Part shown: one piece after another, positions 29,582 to 38,828 of the stretch
How positions within the stretch are numbered: position 1 is the first letter of the stretch
How the letters are laid out: each line of letters begins with the position of its first letter
Origin: a virus
Direction: 5' to 3' (one strand)
Virus record (IMG/VR): IMGVR_UViG_3300027708_000023
Length of the DNA: 64,000 nucleotides
The notes under the pieces: model-generated
What the model was told of the DNA's origin: nothing
Database searches by the model: none
What the model saw: only the letters and a program-made list of their open reading frames with translations
Program-made: the position numbers and the translations under genes

Positions 29582-30275
29582 AGTAAATTTAAGAGAAGAA
29601 CTATCATGCTCATCCAATAATTGTTTTGATAATGATTTTTTTGCAAACAGCTTGTCTGCAGAACATATAGCTCATTTGTCTTATAAAGGACTTGGAACAG
29701 AACAAAACCCCAACATAATCTATCCGTTTGATAAACTAATTGCAGAAACTAGACCATCCAGAATAGTAGAAATAGGAACTTTCGCTGGAGGGCTAACTCT
29801 TATTTTAAGAACCATTTTAGACAACAATGGCCTGGAAAACTCTATTATTACAACGTACGATGTTCATACTCCAACATATTTATTACCATTAATAGAGAAT
29901 ACTCCTAATGTTGTTTCTTTTACAAAAAACCTATTTTCATCTGACTATCAAGACTTTGGTGGAGAATCAGAGAAATCTCAAATAGTTAGTCTTATTAAAA
30001 GCCCAGGAACAACACTATTACTCTGTGATGGAGGATGCAAGAAGTGCGAATTCAACATATTTGCTAAATATTTAAAGACAGGAGATGTAATAATGGCTCA
30101 TGACTATGCTCCTAATCAAGAGTATTTTGACAATACTATGCAAGGTAAGATTTGGAACTGGCTAGAAATCCAGGACAGTGATATAATGGAATGTTGTGCT
30201 TCAAATAGCTTGGAACCGTATATGTCTGAGGACTTTCTGAAAGTCGCTTGGGCCTGTAGAAAGAAAATACAATGA
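29574..30275 (+). CDS. CmcI-like SAM methyltransferase (sugar O-methyltransferase family)
   Basis: RPSRIVEIGTFAGG, CDGG, MAHDY. Confidence 0.7.
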   Translation: MTKVNLREELSCSSNNCFDNDFFANSLSAEHIAHLSYKGLGTEQNPNIIYPFDKLIAETRPSRIVEIGTFAGGLTLILRTILDNNGLENSIITTYDVHTPTYLLPLIENTPNVVSFTKNLFSSDYQDFGGESEKSQIVSLIKSPGTTLLLCDGGCKKCEFNIFAKYLKTGDVIMAHDYAPNQEYFDNTMQGKIWNWLEIQDSDIMECCASNSLEPYMSEDFLKVAWACRKKIQ

Positions 30276-30718
30276 AAAAACTATTGGTAATATTAGTAGT
30301 CTTATGCTCAATAGATGTTTATGCTCAATCACCGATAGCATACAATCTTCATGCCATTACAACAACTTCAGCTTTAGCTAATTCTTCGCCTCCTGGCGAA
30401 TGGTCAAGAGTTGTGTCTGATGGTGCATTTTTTGCTTTTGATAGAGTAGCTCAAACCTATGGCGACCCAAATAGAGCTTTGCCTCCTGAATACTATCAAA
30501 TTGACGCAGAAGCAAGATCAAGACTATACAATAGTTATTCGCCATCCGGTTCTGAAAATGCTCCTCCAAGAAATAATCCTACAGCTAATTTCTTCGATAC
30601 TCGCAGAATGAACGGATATAATAGAGATATGGAAGAATGGAGAAAATCAGAAAAGGCTAAACTTAAAAGATATGGGGCCTACGACAGAGAAGCTATTCGC
30701 TATCTTTATAGTCCTTGA
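30272..30718 (+). CDS. Secreted hypothetical protein
   Basis: Signal peptide MKKLLVILVVLCSIDVYA. Confidence 0.65.
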   Translation: MKKLLVILVVLCSIDVYAQSPIAYNLHAITTTSALANSSPPGEWSRVVSDGAFFAFDRVAQTYGDPNRALPPEYYQIDAEARSRLYNSYSPSGSENAPPRNNPTANFFDTRRMNGYNRDMEEWRKSEKAKLKRYGAYDREAIRYLYSP

Positions 30719-31466
30719 TGCTTTTTTGAATCCATTTTGTATATAGACTAACTCTAGTGTGACAACTCTCGTCACCATAAGTAGAGTCAGACTTTCCATC
30801 ATAACCAATCACCGAAGAATTAATACCAGCTAATTTTCCATCAATAAAAAGTCCTCCACCACTATCTCCACTACATATTATATATTCTAGCTCAGTTATC
30901 TTCTCATGTTTTCTTGAAGGTGAGCATATTAAAACTTTTCTTTCTATCTTGTCCACAAAATTAGACCCTCCTCTTCTCTGACCATCGTTAAATTTTGTTC
31001 CAGTATTAAATGTTCCAGTAAATCCCCAGCCAGCTATTGAACAAATCCTCCCTATCTCGTCGTTCTTTTCATATATTGGGGGATAAAAATCAAGATTGAT
31101 TGGTTTTTCTAAATGACCCAGAGCAATGTCGTTGTGGCCAAATATTTCAGTTTTGTATTCTGAATGAGGGATCATTTTATCTATGTTATATTTCTCTTCG
31201 CCAACACTCACTGTCCAACTATGACAATTTTCAACAACATGAGCAGCAGTGATTATCCAATCTGGAGCTATTACAACAGCAGATCCACAGGACATACCCT
31301 TGCCGTCAAAGCAACACAACTTTACAACACTATGGAATTTTTTACCATATTCAACATATTTTGTATCACTAGTATTCGGGTCAATAGTTCCAGAGATCGC
31401 ATTACTAGATAAAACTAATAATAGCATCAGCACAGATACTAAATTTTTAATCATAAATTCCTCCAT
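30693..31466 (-). CDS. Trypsin-like (S1) serine protease with signal peptide
   Basis: ITAAHV, DIAL, GDSGGG catalytic triad motifs. Confidence 0.9.
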   Translation of the reverse strand: MEEFMIKNLVSVLMLLLVLSSNAISGTIDPNTSDTKYVEYGKKFHSVVKLCCFDGKGMSCGSAVVIAPDWIITAAHVVENCHSWTVSVGEEKYNIDKMIPHSEYKTEIFGHNDIALGHLEKPINLDFYPPIYEKNDEIGRICSIAGWGFTGTFNTGTKFNDGQRRGGSNFVDKIERKVLICSPSRKHEKITELEYIICSGDSGGGLFIDGKLAGINSSVIGYDGKSDSTYGDESCHTRVSLYTKWIQKSIKDYKDSE

Positions 31467-32395
31467 CCGTTGAACTTAGTTGGATCTATCAGTCCATTAC
31501 CACTATATGTTTTATCAATATGATTAGGATTGAGTAAATTAATTGTGTATTTTTTCATTACATTAATGTAGTCATCTGCTGTTTTAAGAGTTAAATTTAA
31601 ATTATTCTTTTTCTTATAGGATAGAAGAAGAGATGCGCAGCCAACCATAAATGGATTAGCCATACTAGTACCACTCATTAAAGCATATCTATTATGAGGA
31701 ACTGTACTTAAAATATTTTGTCCGGGAGCTAAAAAATCTAACTCTATTCCTTTACAAGTAAAATAAGCTCTCATTAGACGCTCATCGACTGCTCCAGTAC
31801 TAACTGTTTGTTCGTATTTTGCAGGATAATATATGTCTGACTGTTCTCCTCCATTACCAGCAGCACAAAAAGATACGGTTCCTTTAGATAAAGCATAGTC
31901 TATTGCTCTTTCTAAATCTTCGGATTTGTATGGGGATCCTAGAGACATGCATATAAGGTCAGCACCATGATCTGCGGCCCACACGATAGCCTGTGAGACA
32001 GTATTATTATTCCCACGACCATCGGCACCAAAAACTTTAACGGGCATGATTTTGGTATTTGGAGCTACTCCCACAACACCCATACTATTATTTTTAGCGC
32101 ATATTGTTCCGGCCACATGAGTGCCATGACTATTGTCATCATATGGGTCTTTTCCTGACTCAACAAAGTTCTTTCCTTGAACAAAATTAGATTTAAGATC
32201 TTCATGATCAAGATCACATCCGCTGTCTATTACTGCAACAGTAACACCAGCACCATCAGAAACTTCCCATGTTTCGTCTACTTTAAACTTAGACAAAGAC
32301 CAAGGTATGCTCTGACCTGACTCAAAACTTCCATATACTTCTTCTTTAATATATGGGAATAGGCCACAATCTTTTTTAAGTCTTTTTCTAGCCAT
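31451..32395 (-). CDS. Subtilisin-like (S8) serine protease
   Basis: VIDSG, HGTHVAG, AAGN, SGTSMA. Confidence 0.95.
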   Translation of the reverse strand: MARKRLKKDCGLFPYIKEEVYGSFESGQSIPWSLSKFKVDETWEVSDGAGVTVAVIDSGCDLDHEDLKSNFVQGKNFVESGKDPYDDNSHGTHVAGTICAKNNSMGVVGVAPNTKIMPVKVFGADGRGNNNTVSQAIVWAADHGADLICMSLGSPYKSEDLERAIDYALSKGTVSFCAAGNGGEQSDIYYPAKYEQTVSTGAVDERLMRAYFTCKGIELDFLAPGQNILSTVPHNRYALMSGTSMANPFMVGCASLLLSYKKKNNLNLTLKTADDYINVMKKYTINLLNPNHIDKTYSGNGLIDPTKFNGWRNL

Positions 32396-32430
32396 AAAAA
32401 TCTCCTTTTGGCTATATTATTAATACACCA

Positions 32431-32832
32431 TTAATCACATTCTATTCTTACTTGAAAAGATCCACCATTATCCCCCTTGCAATAGTCATTAGTAAACATA
32501 GAAAGCTCACCGACCTCTCCTGGAATTCCCAAATATGAAGATCCCACTAAAAATACTGTTCCATTATCTCCAACCCTTCCCAGTATGGCTTCATGCAAGA
32601 AATTTAGATCAGAACAATAAGGATGATAGATACCATCTGGGCCACTAGTATAAGATGACCCCATCCAATAGACAGTTCCACTAGCAGTAATTTTAAGTTT
32701 TTGATTTGGTTCCACTATCCATCCTGTTGATTGCCACCCTCCGCGAGAATCAACGCTCGTATTAATCGGGTCTGGGCAGCATTTTAAGCAAAAATTTCCT
32801 ATTTTTTCTGGAGCGAATGGAAAATTTGACAT
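32431..32832 (-). CDS. FPFAP-leader protein with LecA/PA-IL-like beta-sandwich
   Basis: MSNFPFAPEKIGNFCLKCC then WQSTG...ITASG...GPDG...LGRVG...NDYCKGDNGGSFQV. Confidence 0.65.
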   Translation of the reverse strand: MSNFPFAPEKIGNFCLKCCPDPINTSVDSRGGWQSTGWIVEPNQKLKITASGTVYWMGSSYTSGPDGIYHPYCSDLNFLHEAILGRVGDNGTVFLVGSSYLGIPGEVGELSMFTNDYCKGDNGGSFQVRIECD

Positions 32833-32849
32833 TTTATTTTTTTTCCATA

Positions 32850-33323
32850 TTAGGCAAAAGAACAAGCATCAATAAGAATTGGAGATTCACCAACAGTCCT
32901 AGATACAAGATAAGCTATTCGACCTTCATCATCTTTTTTTATTGCTACCAAGTTTGCTATCCCAGTATGGCATTGACCAGGACCAAAACCATTATCTTCA
33001 TCTGGAGCAGCTCCGCATTCTAGTTTAGCATAAACTCTACAACAATTATCATCATCAAGATCTTTTGTCATTTCTTCAATTTGTTTTGCAGTAATTTTGA
33101 GTTTAACATATCTTTCTTGACAATCATCATCATTATTTAGATCTACTGTTCCCAATACAGATTTTTTAGATGGATCTATATAAACATAAGCGATAAAAAC
33201 AGCAGCATGACAACAGTGCCCTGTTGATGGTCCAGCGCTATATGTTAATTCTACATTTTCTATACCACAGCATTTTCTGCAAAAATTACCCTTTTTTATT
33301 GGAGCAAATGGGAAAGTTGACAT
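32850..33323 (-). CDS. FPFAP-leader Cys-rich protein
   Basis: MSTFPFAPIKKGNFCRKCC then an unrelated Cys-rich domain; GAGGA RBS. Confidence 0.7.
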   Translation of the reverse strand: MSTFPFAPIKKGNFCRKCCGIENVELTYSAGPSTGHCCHAAVFIAYVYIDPSKKSVLGTVDLNNDDDCQERYVKLKITAKQIEEMTKDLDDDNCCRVYAKLECGAAPDEDNGFGPGQCHTGIANLVAIKKDDEGRIAYLVSRTVGESPILIDACSFA

Positions 33324-33324
33324 A

Positions 33325-33645
33325 TTATCCTCTTAATTTTGGTTTATTGTTAACTTTATTTAAGTATGAATTAGAGTCTATTAAAACATCAATATTCCAA
33401 CTTTTAAAATTCATTAAATGACCAAATACTATATGACAAGGATCAGCACAAAGAGTAACCAAATTTGATGGGTCCAATTCTAATTCTGGAAACAAATGAA
33501 CCGGTTTTACATGATGAACTTCAAGTTTTTTGTCTCGTCCACAAGCAGCGCAAGTTCCATGATTTTTTAAGTGTTCTTTTCTTACATTACTCCATTTTGG
33601 CGACCTTATTGCATATCTGAGTTTCTTCAGAAAATCAAACATCAT
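33325..33645 (-). CDS. HNH endonuclease
   Basis: CAACG..LEVHHVKP...NLVTLC..CH. Confidence 0.85.
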   Translation of the reverse strand: MMFDFLKKLRYAIRSPKWSNVRKEHLKNHGTCAACGRDKKLEVHHVKPVHLFPELELDPSNLVTLCADPCHIVFGHLMNFKSWNIDVLIDSNSYLNKVNNKPKLRG

Positions 33646-34643
33646 AACACCTTAGCTGCAATTAAGCATCCTTTAGCTACTGCATGTAAGGGGTCCACGG
33701 CATGTCTGACCTCTTTGATTTTTAGTGGAAAATTATTTTCTTGAAGTTTAGAAGAAAACAACTCTACATAGCCTTTGGCCTGTGATGTTCCTCCAGCAAC
33801 AACAATACTTAATGGGTCTTTGAATTTTGGCAATAATTTATGATCAGTTAAAGCTGCGCTCAGCTGTTTGGTTGTATAATCTATTAATCTCTCATAATAA
33901 GCGGATACGGCTCCTAGTATTTGACTATCATTAGGTTGACCAACAACAAATCCACCACCTTCTTTTTCTGCCTGAACAACGCTGTCTGGCTCCCCCGTAG
34001 CTACTGCACTCATTCTATCAACCCAGTCTCCGCTCTTGGTTGTACTAAAAACTACTGTTGGTTCACCATTAAGCATAACGCAAACATTAGTCATTCCAGC
34101 ACCACAACTAACAGCAATTCCAGTATAATCATTATTTTCTAATTCAGCATAGCATAAAGCTTCAGCTTCATTAATTGATCTGGCAGCATATCCACATTCA
34201 CTCAAAATAGTCTTGACTACATCTTCATGATAGCCAACATCAAAGTCCTCATCTTCTTGATCTACCGGTTGAGCAGGAACGCAGAACACTAGCTTCTCAT
34301 TAGGCTCTGAGGCTTGTCCCACGACCTCTTTTAAAATAAAGGCCAGCACCCGCTTGGCATCCTTTTCTTTAGCTGAGACCACGCCTTTGTACATGGGGCG
34401 TTTTGCTGTATCATTTCTTTCAATAGCTTTTTCAATAGCGTCTTTACCTAAGAGAATGAATGATCCATCATGATCTTTAATAAAAACCTTACCAGCGAGA
34501 CCCTTTTCTATCATTTTAGTAGCAACGGGAGTTGTTGGTTTTATCACATAAAACGCATCTCTAAAATCTTTGTAGACAACACCATCATTAGAATCTTTGG
34601 ATAAAACAATATAACTTGTACCAACATCAAGACCACAACTCAT
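33642..34643 (-). CDS. Actin-fold ATPase (volactin/MreB-like)
   Basis: GLDVGT (phosphate 1), INEAEA (connect 1), SCGAGMTN (phosphate 2), VVAGGTS (adenosine), AVAKG (connect 2). Confidence 0.85.
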   Translation of the reverse strand: MSCGLDVGTSYIVLSKDSNDGVVYKDFRDAFYVIKPTTPVATKMIEKGLAGKVFIKDHDGSFILLGKDAIEKAIERNDTAKRPMYKGVVSAKEKDAKRVLAFILKEVVGQASEPNEKLVFCVPAQPVDQEDEDFDVGYHEDVVKTILSECGYAARSINEAEALCYAELENNDYTGIAVSCGAGMTNVCVMLNGEPTVVFSTTKSGDWVDRMSAVATGEPDSVVQAEKEGGGFVVGQPNDSQILGAVSAYYERLIDYTTKQLSAALTDHKLLPKFKDPLSIVVAGGTSQAKGYVELFSSKLQENNFPLKIKEVRHAVDPLHAVAKGCLIAAKVL

Positions 34644-34646
34644 ATG

Positions 34647-34979
34647 TTACCTCTTTAAATTCTTAAGCTTGTTAATGGAGTCCGTTATGTTTTCAGTAGA
34701 CTGTTTGATTTCACCCAAATTTTCATATTTCTTTTCCATACCGTCCGTCTTAATTTCAGTAACAAATTTAGTATCATTTATTACTACTTTGGTCTTTTTC
34801 TCTTCTTTTGGATTGTCAAAAAAGCTATTTGGTCTATTTATGGTATTATTATATACACCGTTACCAGACCGTTTGCCCACAAAATAGCCTATTAAAAAAA
34901 AACACACCCCTATTGCTAGGAGTGTGATTAAGAAGAAAATAACTGTTGGTATATTAAATGTTAAAGATATGTCATTCAT
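34647..34979 (-). CDS. Single-pass membrane protein adjacent to the actin-like ATPase
   Basis: TM VIFFLITLLAIGVCFFLIGYFV; 3-bp gap to the ATPase gene. Confidence 0.7.
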   Translation of the reverse strand: MNDISLTFNIPTVIFFLITLLAIGVCFFLIGYFVGKRSGNGVYNNTINRPNSFFDNPKEEKKTKVVINDTKFVTEIKTDGMEKKYENLGEIKQSTENITDSINKLKNLKR

Positions 34980-35904
34980 TTTTCTTATATGAGCCTATTA
35001 CTCTTCCCTTTTGGGTTCGTACAACAAACCCTTTCCGTACTAGAAAAGGCTCTATGCTGTTTTCGATTGTGTCTATAGCGATTCCTGTCATAGATGAGAT
35101 ACTTTTAAGTCCAAGAGCAGCACCCTTTGACTTTAATAGCACATCCAAATACAATCTATCATACACATCCAACCCATTTTTATCAATGCCCTGACCTTCA
35201 AAAATCTCATCAATAGTCATATTCTTATCCTTATAGAATGCCACGCAGTTTTTATACCACTGTAGCCTACCATTCAAAATACGAGGAGTTCCCTTGCTTC
35301 TTCTAGCTATCTCAATTAGTTCAGAAGGTTGAATCATTAGTCCAAGCTTTTGTGCGTTTGACTCTGCTAGTTTAGCTAACTCAAATTCATTGTAAAAGCA
35401 CAAATGTTCCTTAATTTGAAATCTATCATAAAATGGCTGACTAAGACTACCACCACTAGTTGTAGCTCCAACAATAGTAAACATTGGAAGTTCAATATTT
35501 TCTGGCTTATCTTTATCTTCTTCATCCTTAACGGTAATGCTTAGAACAAAATCTTCCATAACGGGATAAAGAAATTCTTCTACAATTTTGGGCAACCTAT
35601 GAATTTCATCAATAAATAGAACTGATCTAGGAGCAATGCCCATGATATATGGTAGAATATTTTTAATGCTACGAATACCAGCGCCATTGACGGTATACAT
35701 ATTAACATCCATCTCATTTGCTATGGCACTTGCTATGGTGGTCTTACCAAGTCCCGGCGGGCCGTCTATTAAAACATGAGGCATAACTCCCTGAGAGTCT
35801 TTGCACCCAGCCACCATAATTTGCAGTCTTGTTAGAACATCCTGCTGACCAATAATATCACTGAACTTCGACGGACGAATCACATTTGCCATTTTTTTCT
35901 CCAA
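34972..35904 (-). CDS. ruvB: Holliday junction branch migration ATPase RuvB
   Basis: GPPGLGKTT, LFIDEIH, EEFLYPVMED, GATT, DRF, GTPR, EPFL. Confidence 0.92.
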   Translation of the reverse strand: MEKKMANVIRPSKFSDIIGQQDVLTRLQIMVAGCKDSQGVMPHVLIDGPPGLGKTTIASAIANEMDVNMYTVNGAGIRSIKNILPYIMGIAPRSVLFIDEIHRLPKIVEEFLYPVMEDFVLSITVKDEEDKDKPENIELPMFTIVGATTSGGSLSQPFYDRFQIKEHLCFYNEFELAKLAESNAQKLGLMIQPSELIEIARRSKGTPRILNGRLQWYKNCVAFYKDKNMTIDEIFEGQGIDKNGLDVYDRLYLDVLLKSKGAALGLKSISSMTGIAIDTIENSIEPFLVRKGFVVRTQKGRVIGSYKKNE

Positions 35905-36280
35905 ATTTAGACAAAGAAAGCTTAACCAAATTTATACAATCTTTACTTTTACTCTCAGAGTAACATTCTCTTACCAAAGATTCTGATTCTTTTCTAGAAA
36001 ATCCATAGGCACTCAAAGAAATACAACACCTATTTAATAGGTCTGGCTGTATCTCTTCTTTGTTATCTATTTGTTTCTTGGGTTTTCTTTTGAATTTTAG
36101 TTTTATTAATTCGATTGGTTTGATTTTTAGGATAGTATCACAATCACAAACAATAACAAACTTCTCATATTGAACTTGCTTTAGTCTTACCCAATGATCA
36201 TTAAAACAATTAGGACAAACATACCTAAAAGTAATATCATAGTCAGTTGGCTTCAGGTTTTTGATTTGATTTTGTATCAT
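35858..36280 (-). CDS. Zn-ribbon plus RuvA C-terminal-like domain protein
   Basis: CPNC...CDC; LSAYGFSRKES...LVKLSL resembles RuvA domain III. Confidence 0.55.
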   Translation of the reverse strand: MIQNQIKNLKPTDYDITFRYVCPNCFNDHWVRLKQVQYEKFVIVCDCDTILKIKPIELIKLKFKRKPKKQIDNKEEIQPDLLNRCCISLSAYGFSRKESESLVRECYSESKSKDCINLVKLSLSKFGEKNGKCDSSVEVQ

Positions 36281-36680
36281 CCTCTTCTTTCACCCAAAAG
36301 ATAAAGTCATTTTGATCACTATCATAGGCACTATCAAGAACTCCCTTGTTAACCAAAGAGTTCAATATATTGCTAATCATTCTATTGTTCAGATCTTCTA
36401 TGATGGATTGAAGAAGTTTATCTGTTAGACAATATCTGATTTCTTTTGTTTTCTTATTGACTTGTTTTCTTGCGTGATTTTTGATGATAATAGCAGATTC
36501 ATCATGAGTTAGTGTCTCATTCATCTCTTCTGTTTCTTTTTTGCTCATCTCATAAAGAGATGCTGTCATCGCATCGTCTGCTATCTTATTTGCTTCTCCA
36601 AAAAACTTAAATACCAAAGATCTAGAATGCTCAACAAAATCATCAAAATCGTTAATAAAAAACCATTGATCGTTGTTCAT
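36243..36680 (-). CDS. Hypothetical protein (family with 55284..55637 and 55627..55998)
   Basis: LVNKGVLDSAYDSDQNDFIFW motif. Confidence 0.75.
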   Translation of the reverse strand: MNNDQWFFINDFDDFVEHSRSLVFKFFGEANKIADDAMTASLYEMSKKETEEMNETLTHDESAIIIKNHARKQVNKKTKEIRYCLTDKLLQSIIEDLNNRMISNILNSLVNKGVLDSAYDSDQNDFIFWVKEEDDTKSNQKPEAN

Positions 36681-36919
36681 GATATTAATGTGATGCCGTC
36701 CTCGTATTTTGGTATCTCAGTCCATTCCAGTTTAACAGAGAAGTTGGGCTTGTAAATGGTTATGGTTCTGTGTGTTTTGCTATCTTTTTCTACTACTCTT
36801 TCAGCTATGGCTCTGTCCTCATTAAGAACTTTGGCTATAGCAATATTAGTCTCTGACATTGTGTGAAATCTATTGTTATATTGACTTCTATTAAAAATTA
36901 CCTCAAAATAAGTATTCAT
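36677..36919 (-). CDS. Hypothetical protein
   Basis: Coupled ORF. Confidence 0.6.
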   Translation of the reverse strand: MNTYFEVIFNRSQYNNRFHTMSETNIAIAKVLNEDRAIAERVVEKDSKTHRTITIYKPNFSVKLEWTEIPKYEDGITLIS

Positions 36920-36921
36920 AT

Positions 36922-37170
36922 TTATTTCTTTAATTCTGACTGACAGTTATTATGTTTATCTACAAAAGTTCTTTCAAAACCTAGTTCATCTAAAATTGGC
37001 ATCTTATGAAATGTAATAGTAAATCTTACGTTTCCATTATCGTCAGTCATTTTTGTCCATTCTACTCTTTGTGCTTTACTCATATGAATCGCTAAATCAT
37101 AAGCTACAAAAGGGGTTTCTGTTAACGAACCAAGAGCCATAGCTAAATACAAAAGTGTTGCTGGTAACAT
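36922..37170 (-). CDS. Hypothetical protein with signal-like N-terminus
   Basis: AAGGAG RBS; hydrophobic N-terminus. Confidence 0.6.
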   Translation of the reverse strand: MLPATLLYLAMALGSLTETPFVAYDLAIHMSKAQRVEWTKMTDDNGNVRFTITFHKMPILDELGFERTFVDKHNNCQSELKK

Positions 37171-37179
37171 CCTTGCTCC

Positions 37180-37590
37180 TTAGTTTAAGATATCGAACAT
37201 CCCTTTATAGTAATTTGGTTGTTGAAGGAAGTGAACGGCGTGTGATCTTAAATGGTTTTTATATTCGCTATGAAGTTTATCATGAACAAAGTATTGAGTT
37301 TTATATATTGGTTCTTTGTAATGATTGTTCCCCAAGTACAGGGAGTTTTTGAAGTTCCCTGACTTGGAGAAGTAATCATTCACAGGTAACGAACCCTTAG
37401 GAAAGCTTGGTCCAATATACCATACATTTGAAGGATATTCAACTATTTCATTCAGAGTATCATATAGCATTTTCCCCCAAGCGTCCCAAGCATCGGGATC
37501 AAACTTGAAGTATTTTTTATAATGACTCTCTGGAGTGTCCTGACTATCGTCATTGTCATCATAGTTGTCATCTTCATAATCTTCGTGCAT
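37180..37590 (-). CDS. Hypothetical protein, acidic N-terminus
   Basis: Packed ORF. Confidence 0.65.
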   Translation of the reverse strand: MHEDYEDDNYDDNDDSQDTPESHYKKYFKFDPDAWDAWGKMLYDTLNEIVEYPSNVWYIGPSFPKGSLPVNDYFSKSGNFKNSLYLGNNHYKEPIYKTQYFVHDKLHSEYKNHLRSHAVHFLQQPNYYKGMFDILN

Positions 37591-37593
37591 ATT

Positions 37594-38748
37594 TCACCCG
37601 ATACAAAATTTGTCACTGATCTTAGACGCTAGTTCTTTGGCGGCATTGGATAGAAACCTGTTGTTGCTAAAGTAAAGCGGTGTTGAGACTTGATTAAGGA
37701 ACTCCACGACCGTCTTTAAAAGCTTGGTCTGGGAACCGTCAAGATCTAAATCCTCGCCACCAGCGTCAACAGGAAGCGGCTCAAGAGCGTCTGTGTCATC
37801 CTCAGTCACGGGCAATACTGGAGTAGGATCACCATAAGCCTTATTGAACAGAGCGCCGCTACTAGTATAAACATACTTAGAATTGTTATACTTCTTGATA
37901 TCGTCTGTGCTATTGGTATAGGTGTTAAGGTTTAAAGAGTTCATCTGGCTGGCAATGGTTGCAGCAACATTAACTGATACCGGAACTCCCGTAACGTCAG
38001 ACCTCTTATAAGCCTTAGCATATTCTTTAAACCACTCGTCACTGGTTTTATTAGCAACAATATTAACAACAGCAGAAACACCATCAAGAGCTTGTTTAAG
38101 ATGTTCAATATTTACTGGATTACCCGTTGATCCTGACAGAATACTGGTAAAGTAAGACTGCTTACCCTCCCAACCTTTTCTCCACCAAGTATACGGGATA
38201 CGATAAATCTGATTAATCTTGATAGCTCGGGCATCACCCTCAAAATAGTTTACCAATTTCTTTTGAATTCCATTCCAATAAGTCTTATGAGGACTATTGG
38301 CATTATGATCCAAAATCCAGTAACACTGATAGCCATTACGAGTATCGACAACCCAGCTTGGCTTTACAGGAAAGCTATTAATCTTCTTGAGGAACTCCCG
38401 CTTCTTCTGCATCACAATACTAGGCTTAAAATAACTACCGTTATCATCTCGTCCAGCATCCATATCAACGAAACAAGCACGAACCCTGCTAATGGCATAC
38501 TGTTTACGTCCACCATTAACATAGAAGTAAGCATCAGCACCTTGACTATCATTTGCAATAGCAACGGTAGTAAGATGATCTGTATGATTCATACTACTGA
38601 TCTTCTTACGAGGATCTCCGTTGTAACAGAAAATCTGCTGACCACCAAAAGAATCAAAGAACTTATTTCGCAAAACAATCTGATCTTTTGTTCCAATGGC
38701 ACTATGAGTCTTATCGAACGGATTAAAAGCCAAAGTATCGCTAAACAT
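37594..38748 (-). CDS. AEP-superfamily (RepB-like) DNA primase
   Basis: CFVDMD (DxD), PSWVVDTRNGYQCYW, GD...IYRIPYTWWRK. Confidence 0.75.
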   Translation of the reverse strand: MFSDTLAFNPFDKTHSAIGTKDQIVLRNKFFDSFGGQQIFCYNGDPRKKISSMNHTDHLTTVAIANDSQGADAYFYVNGGRKQYAISRVRACFVDMDAGRDDNGSYFKPSIVMQKKREFLKKINSFPVKPSWVVDTRNGYQCYWILDHNANSPHKTYWNGIQKKLVNYFEGDARAIKINQIYRIPYTWWRKGWEGKQSYFTSILSGSTGNPVNIEHLKQALDGVSAVVNIVANKTSDEWFKEYAKAYKRSDVTGVPVSVNVAATIASQMNSLNLNTYTNSTDDIKKYNNSKYVYTSSGALFNKAYGDPTPVLPVTEDDTDALEPLPVDAGGEDLDLDGSQTKLLKTVVEFLNQVSTPLYFSNNRFLSNAAKELASKISDKFCIG

Positions 38749-38828
38749 TTGTTATTCCTTTTTCCAACTTCCTACCTACATTTTTGATATTGGGACAGTA
38801 AACACTACCATCAAAAGCAATATCTTAA

